Below, in pieces: positions 1 to 9,224 of a stretch of DNA of 64,000 nucleotides. Made by a program: the position numbers and the translations under genes. Origin of the DNA: Wickerhamiella versatilis. Its lineage: Eukaryota. Each line of letters opens with the position of its first letter. Positions within the stretch are counted from its first letter, which is position 1. The stretch covers positions 496,001 to 560,000 of the forward strand of contig JAQOWU010000003.1 of NCBI GenBank assembly GCA_030867685.1, in the 5' to 3' direction. A model generated the notes under the pieces. It had not been told where the DNA came from, did not search any database, and saw nothing but the letters and a program-made list of their open reading frames with translations.

Positions 1-179
1 ACCACGGGATCATCGAACTTTAATGCCCCAATCTCTTTGAGCTTTTGTGGAGATACCGTTTCAGGAATTTGCAGTAAATCCGCACTTCCCCCCGCTTCCT
101 CAATACCTACTTTTATTGCCAGCGCAAGCTGGCGCGTGTGGCCATAATGAGAATGGTATATAATGGCAATTTTGGTCAT
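1..179 (-). CDS. Flavodoxin-like NAD(P)H:quinone oxidoreductase (Pst2/Ycp4/WrbA family), 5' part; runs off window start
   Basis: Manual translation from ATG at 179 gives MTKIAIIYHSHYGHTRQLALAIKVGIEEAGGSADLLQIPETVSPQ, resembling the Pst2 N-terminus (YGH...GIEAAGGSAD..Q..ET.SP). Confidence 0.85.
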   Translation of the reverse strand, partial: MTKIAIIYHSHYGHTRQLALAIKVGIEEAGGSADLLQIPETVSPQKLKEIGALKFDDPV

Positions 180-571
180 AATACCTGTGTTTGATCGGAG
201 TTGAACCCCAGGCTCACTCTAAAGCCACACAATAGTATGCAAGGGCTAGGGTATTCATACCATCTGATGCAGAAGGGTGCTTTCGAAATAGTGAAAATTG
301 GAAGAAAAAATGTATTTCACGATTCATCTCTGCCTATAACCAATGGAGAAATGCCCTTTTACCTGCTATTCTACCTTTAATTATATGTAACGCACAATAA
401 TAATCAGAGTCAAGATCGTTTATTAACGAACACCTAACCCATTGGCCCACGATCGCATATGAAAATAAGTTCCCTGGTCTAATAGCATGCAAAAGGTAGT
501 CTATAAGGAGCTTCTTTGCTAAATACTAGTTGAATTATGCAATTCATTCAGCTTAGACCAGAGTTCACCTT

Positions 572-1222
572 TTAGACAAGCCATTTTTTTGCCAGTTCGA
601 CCCCATCTGCCACATTCTGCACACGAGCATCAATCAAGAACCCTTCCTCGCTCAAACGTTTCAGCTCTGCAGAGAGCGACTTAATGGGGATGCTAAATAC
701 TTCAATGAATTCGTTCTCTTCAAGTTTGGGCTTCGGGTTCTGGTTGCGCTCATCTGTAAGATCTATATTTACCGTAACCATCTTCAAGTTGGTATTGCAA
801 AATCCTGGATCATTAAATATCAAGGGAGTGACGCTCTGTGCTTTACCAATGTAGCCTGTTTCTTCATGTAGCTCACGTTCCGCACACGTCTCAATAGACT
901 CATTAGGATCGAGCAGGCCCGCAGGCATCTCAATACATACGCCTCCTATAGGAGCACGGAATTGCCTTTCCAGCACAATTTCTGGATTTCCTGCCTTCTG
1001 GAGGATAGCAAGTATCCCTACACCATCACAATCCGCACCCTCAACGCGCGTGGTCCTGGACGCGTATTCCCAGTCCCTCTCCTTCCCGTGGGGATCCACA
1101 TAGTGTATACGACCTGTTGTCACCCACTTCGGCTGGGTGAGGGCTGACGTGCCGATAACATGGGCTCTACGAACAGACATTTTAGAGATCGGAAGCAATC
1201 GCCGTATTGGTCTGACAAACAT
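572..1222 (-). CDS. YSA1: ADP-ribose pyrophosphatase (Nudix)
   Basis: Nudix box PAGLLDPNESIETCAERELHEETGY, plus QFRAP, DPGFCN and IDARV. ATG options at 1222 and 1180. Confidence 0.9.
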   Translation of the reverse strand: MFVRPIRRLLPISKMSVRRAHVIGTSALTQPKWVTTGRIHYVDPHGKERDWEYASRTTRVEGADCDGVGILAILQKAGNPEIVLERQFRAPIGGVCIEMPAGLLDPNESIETCAERELHEETGYIGKAQSVTPLIFNDPGFCNTNLKMVTVNIDLTDERNQNPKPKLEENEFIEVFSIPIKSLSAELKRLSEEGFLIDARVQNVADGVELAKKWLV

Positions 1223-1517
1223 CACAGCAATGGTGCTGTAAAAGAGTGCAATGTGAGGATGACCCAATGGTAACGCAACATATTATATCATGTCTGAAGC
1301 ATCTTTCATACGCGACATTTTTTTTCAATCAGGTGGGATGAGCCGGTGGGCATCTCATAACGTCTATATTCATCCCATTAGTTGTTTTAGTGGTATAATT
1401 GGTTCGATGACGGCAAATCAATATAATAAAGTTGAATATCCTTATCAGTCCACATATGCAGGCATAAAATCTAGTCCTTTACTTGGGATATAATAATACT
1501 TTCGACGGTAGAAGGGG

Positions 1518-1579
1518 GTATGCGGCGGGGGCCAAGCAGTTGCCTTATTGTCTTTGCTGACTAATCAACACTTCATCAG
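1518..1579 (+). other. Probable 62-nt 5'-UTR intron of TAF12
   Basis: GTATGC donor at 1518, GCTGACTAAT branch-like site at about 1556-1565, and CAG acceptor at 1577-1579 one base before ATG 1581. Confidence 0.45.
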
Positions 1580-1580
1580 C

Positions 1581-3086
1581 ATGAATCAAACACCACAGGC
1601 TCCACGCCTTTCGTTGGGCGAAATTGTCCAGCGGTTGGTGCAGCAAATGAAGATAGAGATGGGTAATGCAGATAGAGTCGGGCGTGGAACTCCTGTTGGC
1701 CAGCAACACATAGCGCGAGCTCAACAGATTCGAGCACAGTTAATACAATATCAACAACACGTTATACGGAACCAGCAAGCCCAGAGACCTGGTATGAATC
1801 CCCAGCAAATGGCTCAGGCTCAAGCTCAGGCTCAGGCTCAGGCTCAGGCTCAAGCTCAGGCCCAGGCTCAAGCCCAGGCTCAGGCTCAAGCCATGCGGCT
1901 ACGTGCTGCTCGTGCTGATCCACAGCAGCTGGCACAGCAACAGCAAAGAGCACAGCAGGCCCCACAGGCTGCCGCAGCTGGTGTACAGGCTGTGTCCGCA
2001 ATGCAACAACGTACTCAACTTATAGAAGAACTCCGGAAAGGTATTAATGAAATGCAGGTTCAGATTGAGCGTGGAGATCAAGCGCTTCGAAGTGTACAGA
2101 ACCCTGAAAATGCTACGAGGCTACGACAGCAGCTTCAAATGCTCCGTAATAGGTGCGATCAATACCGGGTCAGGGAGCAACAACTTGTGATGGAAGTAAG
2201 AAATGCTATAGTTCGTCAACCACAATTGGCCCAGCAGGCTCAAATTACTCAACGTATTAGAGCACAGCAGGCGCAACAGCAGGCAGAGAATCTTTCCGGT
2301 AATCCAGCTGTTGGTGCGGCACAGCGTATAGTCCCTTCACAAGGCCAACAGCGCTCCGCCAGCATTGCGGGCACTGCTCCTACCCCAGCCTTATCAGGAT
2401 CAAATCCACCATCAGCTGTACCGGCTGGAACGCCATTGAATGGCCAGAATCTGGTAACCCCTCAGCAGCAGCAGCAACAACAACAACAGCAGCAACAACA
2501 GCAGCAGCAACAACAACAATACCAATACCAATCACCGGCGGCATTCCCTTCTGTTCCAGGTGCCTTTCGTGAAGGCCCTAGAATGCCATCAATGCCTTTA
2601 CCATCACACACCTCCATTGCAGCACCCCAGCCAGTTCCTCTGCGGCCAAGTAGACCTACTCTCACGAACGGTGGTGCCTCCTCTTCCAGTTCTCTGAATA
2701 GCCCCCCGGCACAAAAGATTTCTCAGGATATAAGTGGCGAGGGTCGTGTCCTTGGAAAGCGAAAACTCCATGAAATGGTTGCGACAGTCTTGGGTGACGA
2801 GGACCCAGAGAGTCTGGTAGATGGAGATGTTGAAGAATTATTGCTCGATCTCGCAGATGAATTTGTTCAAAGTGTAACTACCTTCGCTTGCCGCTTGGCC
2901 AAGCATCGTAAATCTGACTCCCTTGAGGCTCGTGATATCCATATGCATCTCGAGCGGAATTGGAATATGCGGCTGCCAGGGTTTGCTTCGGATGAAATCC
3001 GCCCATTGAGACGGATGCAACCCACACAGTCATATCAGCAAAAAGTTCAGAGTGTTGGTGTGGCCAAACAGGTCGGTCGACCCTGA
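1581..3086 (+). CDS. TAF12: TFIID/SAGA subunit Taf12
   Basis: C-terminal histone fold RVLGKRKLHEMV...DGDVEELLLDLADEFV..VTTFACRLAKHRKSDSLEARDIHMHLERNWNMRLPGF, the RPTLTNG motif and a Q-rich N-terminus. First ATG is 1581. Confidence 0.93.
   Translation: MNQTPQAPRLSLGEIVQRLVQQMKIEMGNADRVGRGTPVGQQHIARAQQIRAQLIQYQQHVIRNQQAQRPGMNPQQMAQAQAQAQAQAQAQAQAQAQAQAQAQAMRLRAARADPQQLAQQQQRAQQAPQAAAAGVQAVSAMQQRTQLIEELRKGINEMQVQIERGDQALRSVQNPENATRLRQQLQMLRNRCDQYRVREQQLVMEVRNAIVRQPQLAQQAQITQRIRAQQAQQQAENLSGNPAVGAAQRIVPSQGQQRSASIAGTAPTPALSGSNPPSAVPAGTPLNGQNLVTPQQQQQQQQQQQQQQQQQQQYQYQSPAAFPSVPGAFREGPRMPSMPLPSHTSIAAPQPVPLRPSRPTLTNGGASSSSSLNSPPAQKISQDISGEGRVLGKRKLHEMVATVLGDEDPESLVDGDVEELLLDLADEFVQSVTTFACRLAKHRKSDSLEARDIHMHLERNWNMRLPGFASDEIRPLRRMQPTQSYQQKVQSVGVAKQVGRP
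1812..1891 (+). repeat. (GCTCAR)n coding hexanucleotide repeat (poly-AQ)
   Basis: Tandem gctcag/gctcaa/gcccag units in TAF12. Confidence 0.9.
2463..2519 (+). repeat. (CAR)19 polyglutamine repeat
   Basis: cag/caa run in TAF12. Confidence 0.9.
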
Positions 3087-3553
3087 ATTGACGTATCTCA
3101 ATTTTGGCTTACGCAGTATACGGTCATGAATGTATATTACTTTTTCATATTATGATTAATTTTAAGGCAACGGCGTGATTGCTTGTTATTGCAGTTATCC
3201 TTAAAGATTAAAATTATAGGTACCAGACTTTTTTTCCCTTAAACGTTTAGGGTAATATTACCATCCACGAAGTGGCATATGGATGTAGGGTAATGTCATA
3301 CCCTAAACTGGTCGATAAATCACTAACTCTTTGCAGCTTGACAATGGGGAGCGGATTCGTTTTTTTAATAAGCTCATCGCTGTTCATTCAATTGTTTTTG
3401 ACTTTTACCCCGAAAACTTACTCCCTAAAAATCAGTGAGATTCTACTACAGTTGAGATGCAATAAATTCAACCTAACCCTATACATTCGCTTAAGGCTTC
3501 TAATATAGGATTGGTCCTCGTCTTCGTCTTCGTCCTCGTCCTCGTCACCTGCC

Positions 3554-4687
3554 ATGCTTCAAACCGTATCATATATGGATGGCTCCAGGCCAACAAAATT
3601 CGATGTCAGTCCAGATTATGACCTTGAATATATAATTGGAGAGGGAGCCTACGGCGTTGTCATTTGTGCACTTCATATTCCTTCAATGACCCGAGTTGCC
3701 ATCAAAAAAATTCTACTATGTGACCGGGCCATCATTTGTCTGAGAACTCTGCGTGAGATCAAGCTTATTCGTCATTTCCAGAATGAAAACATTGTTCAAA
3801 TTCTCGAAATCCTTCGTCCACCCTCCTTGTCTAAAATGAATGAAGTCTATCTCGTCGAAGAATTGATGGATACTGATCTAGGCCGAATCCTTCTCACGCA
3901 GAAACTGACTGATGACCACGTACAGTTCTTTCTCTATCAACTCCTTCGGGGCCTTAAGGCACTCCACTCCGCGGATGTACTTCACCGGGACCTGAAGCCC
4001 GGCAATTTACTAGTAAATAGTGATTGCGATCTCAAAATATGTGACTTTGGTCTCGCCCGCTCTGCCAAACCTACCCAGGAGGCGGAAAAAAAAGCTGAAT
4101 TCATGACGGAATATGTGGCTACCCGCTGGTATAGAGCTCCCGAAATTATTCTTACCTTTCAGTCATACACAAAGGCGATAGATATGTGGTCTGTCGGCTG
4201 CATTCTTGCAGAAATGCTTACGGGAAAGCCCCTTTTCCCTGGCAAAGATTATGTTCAACAGTTGACTTTGGTGATTCAGACGCTAGGAACCCCTCCCCCG
4301 GAAGCCTTTAAAAGGATAAGAAATCGGCGAACAAGGCATTTCATTTCAACAATGCCTTACTTCGAGGCAAAAAGTTTCAGACACTTGTTTTACGGGGCAA
4401 ATCCGTTGGCTATTGACCTTTTGCGCAGGATATTGTGTTGGATACCTGAGCAAAGATTGACCGTTGAACAAGCATTGGCACATCCTTATCTAGCATATTA
4501 TCACGATGAACAAGATGAGCCTGAAGCTCCACCATTGCCAGAGAGTTTCTTCAGCTATGAGTCGATTGGAGAGATTTCAGGGCAAGATTTACGTCGCATG
4601 GTTTTTGAAGAGATAACCAAGAACTGTCGCAACCATCATATGTTACAATCTTTGCCTACAGTCATACCTCCTGGACCACATGCCTAA
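3554..4687 (+). CDS. ERK-type MAP kinase (Fus3/Kss1 family)
   Basis: GEGAYG, CLRTLREIKL, HRDLKPGN, DFGLAR, TEY activation loop in MTEYVATRWYRAPE, and CD site YHDEQDEP. Confidence 0.93.
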   Translation: MLQTVSYMDGSRPTKFDVSPDYDLEYIIGEGAYGVVICALHIPSMTRVAIKKILLCDRAIICLRTLREIKLIRHFQNENIVQILEILRPPSLSKMNEVYLVEELMDTDLGRILLTQKLTDDHVQFFLYQLLRGLKALHSADVLHRDLKPGNLLVNSDCDLKICDFGLARSAKPTQEAEKKAEFMTEYVATRWYRAPEIILTFQSYTKAIDMWSVGCILAEMLTGKPLFPGKDYVQQLTLVIQTLGTPPPEAFKRIRNRRTRHFISTMPYFEAKSFRHLFYGANPLAIDLLRRILCWIPEQRLTVEQALAHPYLAYYHDEQDEPEAPPLPESFFSYESIGEISGQDLRRMVFEEITKNCRNHHMLQSLPTVIPPGPHA

Positions 4688-4717
4688 GAATTCTTCTCTA
4701 GCAGGAACCGTTAGCAT

Positions 4718-4798
4718 ACTACTATGTGATGACAATTCGTCATAACCATTTTACTGCCTGGCATTGGTTGGACAATGCAGGATAACCCACTGAGTAGT
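4718..4798 (+). ncRNA. Candidate box C/D snoRNA
   Basis: Box C GTGATGA at 4726-4732, box D CTGA at 4790-4793, terminal stem ACTAC/GTAGT, internal hairpin GCATTG/CAATGC. Confidence 0.35.
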
Positions 4799-5138
4799 TT
4801 TGAAGAATTGACTAGTTATGGCTGTGCTTTATTAGCTTAGAGAAAATTTTTGCTTTGGTACCTAGAGACAAAACGAAGAGATAAAAAATTGAGATGTGAT
4901 CCTCCACATACATAATCAAAAAATACGTAACGTGAATAACTAACACAATATAACAACTAGGATTAAAAAAAAGTTAATCGTCAATCACGAAAGCTATAGG
5001 ATTTGACGACACAAGTACCAAACCATCAAATAAAAACTAAATGTGACATTGCTATTAGCCAGTCACTTCGAGTTCATGACTGCCTCGGGATTCTTGCACT
5101 AGAAATTGATTACCTAATATTTTTTTCCGTCAAGGTTT

Positions 5139-7685
5139 ATGGTTAAGAGCTACAGCCGCTACGAGCTTGGCGTAAATTTTGGCGTTATTGCCAGTGGGCC
5201 TAGTATTTGCTCTATAGGCGCTGGCTCAGTAGCTGTATCTGGTGCTGAGAACGTTTTACTGTGGGAACTCAAAACAGGTGTTCTTACTGGTAAACTGCGT
5301 GATGATCCTAGGGCTGCTGTCACAGCACTAAGCTCCCATATAGAGTCAGGGGTAATAGCAGCGGGATATTCTAACGGTTCAATACGAATTTGGGACTTGC
5401 AGTCTCAGACTGCGATGATGGTGTTACAAGGACATCGCTCTGCTGTGACTACCTTGGCATTTTGCGATGATGGAACGCAGCTTGCAAGTGGTGGTCAAGA
5501 TACAAATATTGTAATTTGGGACTTGGTCAGTGAACAGGGAATCATGCGTCTCAAGGGTCATCGCGGGCCTATTACCGGTATCGTGTATAACGGCGACGGG
5601 TCTTCTCGGCTTATCAGTACTTCCAAAGATGGTATCATCAAACTATGGGACTTAGAAACTCGATTCGCCATCGATAGTCATGTTGCTCATAAGGGCGAGT
5701 GCTGGGCACTTGCCTCGCGTGGTGATTCGCTGGTTACCGCTGCCAATATTCCTGAACTCAGACTTTGGGAAGTCACTGGCGACAAGCTCATGATGGGCGC
5801 TGCTATAGAGAGACCATCGTCCAGACATCGCCCTTCGAGTCTTACTTTCAATGAGGATGGTTCTAAGCTATATTGCAGTTGCGGTGATGCGGTTTATAGA
5901 TGGCGTGCTCGTACGGCGGATGAGCTTCGCAGATTACAGAGACGTCGTCAGAGAGATGACGTTCTACCTTTAGCAGCTGAGCCAGCACCTATCCGGTTAA
6001 GAGCAAAGATCAGTGGTCTGGTTACGGGACCTGCTGATTATTGGTATTCATCTTTATCTAGTAATTCCATTGAGTCTTGGGAAGGAGATGAACGACATAC
6101 CGCGATTGAGCTTCCCGGTCACCGGACTGATGTCCGTGATATAGCGCTCAGTAGTGATGACAAGCTTCTGGCCACGGGTGCAAATGGCTCTTTGAAGATC
6201 TGGAATACACGTTCTGAACAATGTATCCGCACATTCGATGATACTGGCTACATTTTAGCCGTTAGATTCCTCCCTGGTGATGGTCTCGTGGTTACTGGGA
6301 CTAAGGAGGGTGCACTGGAGGTATGGGATTTGGCGGCTGCTCAAAAGCACAACTCAGTTGTTGATGCACACTCGGGTGGTGTTTGGTCCCTTGATTTGAG
6401 TGCAGATGGGACCTACTTAGTCTCAGGTGGGGCGGATAAAACTGTCAAGTTCTGGAATTTGGAATTATCTGAAGACGAAGTCCCTGGCAAGCCCGGTGTC
6501 ACCATAAAGAAGTTATCACTCAAACTGTCAAAGCGTATTGAATTTAATGACGATGTGCTTTCCGTGAAGTTGAGTCCTGATGGTCGCCTTGTTGCTGCGT
6601 CGTTACTTGATAATACGGTGAAGGTATATTATGTTGACACGCTGAAGTTTTTCTTAAATTTGTATGGTCATCAACTTCCAGCCTTGTCAATTGACATCAG
6701 CCACGATTCAAAGATATTAATTAGTGCGTCCGCTGACAAGAATATAAAAATCTGGGGCTTAGATTTTGGCGATTGTCATAGGTCTCTGTTTGCTCATGAT
6801 GATTCAATCCTGAAAGTAGCATTTGAACCACAGTCTACGAATTTCTTTTCATGTTCCAAGGACGGCCTGGTGAAGTACTGGGATTCTCAAAAATTTGTGC
6901 AACTTCAACGATTACAGGCTCATCAATCAGAAGTATGGGCACTTGCTGTTGCGGGCGATGCGTCTTTCGTGGTATCTGCTGGGCACGACAAAACTATTCG
7001 TAAATGGGATATCAGTGAGGAGCCATTGTTTGTCGAAGAGGAACAAGAGCAGGAACTTGAGGAACTCTACGAGGGCAAGCTTGTGGATGAAATGGAAGGC
7101 CCCCCTAACACGAACGCTGATGGTGAAGGCGAGGACGAAGATGTTGTTGAAGCCCCCGCACATCACAGCATTGATTCATTGAAGGCAGGTGAAAGATTAT
7201 ACGAGGCATTAGAAATCTGCTACACAGACTTAACTGAGAGACCCCGACAGAGAAATGCAATCTTAGCGGCCTTGAATGTTTCGCCTGAACAGTACCTCCT
7301 AGATGTGCTGTCACGTATCAAGACCCCGCTGGTGGAGGATGCGCTTCTTACTTTCCCACTGGACAAAATTGTCAACCTTCTCAGATTTGTCAAAATATGG
7401 TTAGAACAGAATCAGAACTTGATGCTGATTACGCGGGTTCTTATGTTCTGTCTACGTACTTTCCACCGTCAGCTTGTAGCCAATAAGATGCTTATTCCGG
7501 AATTGAATGAACTGAAAGTTCTGCTACGACAACGTCTTGTTAATGTTGCTGATTTGGTGGGTTATAATGTAGAACAACTCAAAATCCTCGAGGAGCAGTG
7601 GGAAAGTGAGCATGTTTCATCGTTTGTGGAACTTCCGGAGCCGTCTAACGGTCAGAAGAAGAGAGTTTTCGCTTCAGTGGCTTAA
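5139..7685 (+). CDS. DIP2: U3 snoRNA-associated WD40 protein Utp12/Dip2
   Basis: MVKSY.RYE start, multiple WD40 repeats, SLLDNTVKVYYVDTLKFFLNLYGHQLP, KIWGLDFGDCHRSLFAH and a Utp12 C-terminal domain. Confidence 0.95.
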   Translation: MVKSYSRYELGVNFGVIASGPSICSIGAGSVAVSGAENVLLWELKTGVLTGKLRDDPRAAVTALSSHIESGVIAAGYSNGSIRIWDLQSQTAMMVLQGHRSAVTTLAFCDDGTQLASGGQDTNIVIWDLVSEQGIMRLKGHRGPITGIVYNGDGSSRLISTSKDGIIKLWDLETRFAIDSHVAHKGECWALASRGDSLVTAANIPELRLWEVTGDKLMMGAAIERPSSRHRPSSLTFNEDGSKLYCSCGDAVYRWRARTADELRRLQRRRQRDDVLPLAAEPAPIRLRAKISGLVTGPADYWYSSLSSNSIESWEGDERHTAIELPGHRTDVRDIALSSDDKLLATGANGSLKIWNTRSEQCIRTFDDTGYILAVRFLPGDGLVVTGTKEGALEVWDLAAAQKHNSVVDAHSGGVWSLDLSADGTYLVSGGADKTVKFWNLELSEDEVPGKPGVTIKKLSLKLSKRIEFNDDVLSVKLSPDGRLVAASLLDNTVKVYYVDTLKFFLNLYGHQLPALSIDISHDSKILISASADKNIKIWGLDFGDCHRSLFAHDDSILKVAFEPQSTNFFSCSKDGLVKYWDSQKFVQLQRLQAHQSEVWALAVAGDASFVVSAGHDKTIRKWDISEEPLFVEEEQEQELEELYEGKLVDEMEGPPNTNADGEGEDEDVVEAPAHHSIDSLKAGERLYEALEICYTDLTERPRQRNAILAALNVSPEQYLLDVLSRIKTPLVEDALLTFPLDKIVNLLRFVKIWLEQNQNLMLITRVLMFCLRTFHRQLVANKMLIPELNELKVLLRQRLVNVADLVGYNVEQLKILEEQWESEHVSSFVELPEPSNGQKKRVFASVA

Positions 7686-7820
7686 AAGGACATTGCATAT
7701 ATATATACTGCATAATAAACAAAAGAATAATATTATGAACTTCAGTCCATTGCCCAGTATAACCTTGTCGATATTGTAAATTATGAAAATAAAAAGCCTA
7801 CGAAATTGCCTCGTATGGTT

Positions 7821-7915
7821 TTACTCAGTGAATGACCTATTGATTTTTTCAATGACTAAGATGGGACCCATGCATAGCCTTAGGTGGCCTTTGTAGTGTT
7901 AAAGTCCTGAGTCAT
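7821..7915. promoter_or_regulatory. bZIP (Gcn4/Yap-type) sites upstream of the sulfotransferase-like gene
   Basis: TTACTCA at 7821, TGACTAA at 7853 and TGAGTCAT at 7908-7915, all within 120 bp of ATG 7939. Confidence 0.4.
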
Positions 7916-7938
7916 CCACTTTTTCATTCAATTTATCC

Positions 7939-8814
7939 ATGGCAAGCAAACCGAGAGTTATTATCCTTTGGGTTCACCCGCGCAGTACTTCGACAATGTT
8001 CGAATGTGCTCTCTTGAATGTACAGAAGGAATTTAGGGTTCTGCATGAGCCATTGGGTAGTCCATGGTACTTTGGTCCGGAGCGACAAGCACCGCGGTTT
8101 GATTCCGAAGAATCCCTTAAGTCCTATGCTCAGTATGCAGATGCTACTTTCAAGTCCACATGGAATGAAATCGTTACCGATACATCCGATCCCAGACGTA
8201 CTTTTTCAAAGGATATGGCTCAATACATTTTCAAACCCCCTCATTCTACAGGAATTGAAGTCGGTTGGAATAAAGATCCTAAAAATCCTACATTGATCCC
8301 CACGGAATTATTGATGGATCCTTCAATCCTTCATACTTTTTTGATTCGTCGACCAGAAAAAGCAGTTCCATCCTATTACCGTCTATGTACTGGTGACCAG
8401 GCTGAAATCACTGATTTCCATTACTATGATCCTGATGAAGCAGGTTTTACTGAGCTCAAAGAGCTGTTTGACTTTGTAAAGGACCATAACGGCACACCCC
8501 CGCTTCTCATTGACTCAGATGACCTGATCAAAGATCCCAAATATTACCTGCGAAAATGGTGCGAGCATACGAATGTTGAATATTCTGACAGTCTTCTAGA
8601 GTGGAATGATGGTACTCGAGAGCACTTTGCCAAGTGGCCCGGTTTCCATGTTGCTGCGGAAAACTCGAAAGGTATTGGTAGGGGACTTCAGCAAAAAGAC
8701 CAGAACAAATTGAAACCTGAGGAGCTCCCAGATATTGTGAAAGAAACTATTCAAAATAATGAGCTTACTTATTCCTACTTAAAGTCATTTGCTCTGCCCC
8801 ACAGAGATGACTAA
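7939..8814 (+). CDS. P-loop sulfotransferase-like protein (similar to the N-domain of BCAT-like proteins)
   Basis: LWVHPRSTSTMFE, VLHEP, FSKDMA, HTFLIRRPEKAVPSYY, PLLIDSDDL..DP and L.W motifs. Confidence 0.7.
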   Translation: MASKPRVIILWVHPRSTSTMFECALLNVQKEFRVLHEPLGSPWYFGPERQAPRFDSEESLKSYAQYADATFKSTWNEIVTDTSDPRRTFSKDMAQYIFKPPHSTGIEVGWNKDPKNPTLIPTELLMDPSILHTFLIRRPEKAVPSYYRLCTGDQAEITDFHYYDPDEAGFTELKELFDFVKDHNGTPPLLIDSDDLIKDPKYYLRKWCEHTNVEYSDSLLEWNDGTREHFAKWPGFHVAAENSKGIGRGLQQKDQNKLKPEELPDIVKETIQNNELTYSYLKSFALPHRDD

Positions 8815-9224
8815 GGTGACTAATCAGGCAACTGATTGAAGAAATAAGCGTGGTCACAAGCTTCCTCGCTAAACGAACACATGATTAGCATCATTAAACT
8901 TCACATTTTGAATCAATTATCATATTGAAGCGATAAACGAGAAATTATATAGTCCAGTAGTCTTGGGCTGAATTAGTCTATCCCATGAATTGAATCTAAC
9001 CTTTCCAGCTATTAAACAATGAACTTCAGGTAGTGAAGTGGGCTATCTTGCCTTGTAGGGAATTATGCTTATTTTCGAAAGCTTCGAGATTAATTCTAGA
9101 TTTGCTGCATGAGGAGGGGCGTTAATATGCCAATAATGCAAGGTGTTGGTTGCAACGCTAATCAAAGCTTATATTTTCATTATCATAGACCCAAACAGTG
9201 ACCGAAAAAAGGTCGTGCAAGCCG

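Noticed and set aside
196-212. GGTTCAACTCC B-box/T-loop-like motif on the minus strand
   Set aside because: The T-stem does not pair and there is no cloverleaf, so it is not a tRNA.
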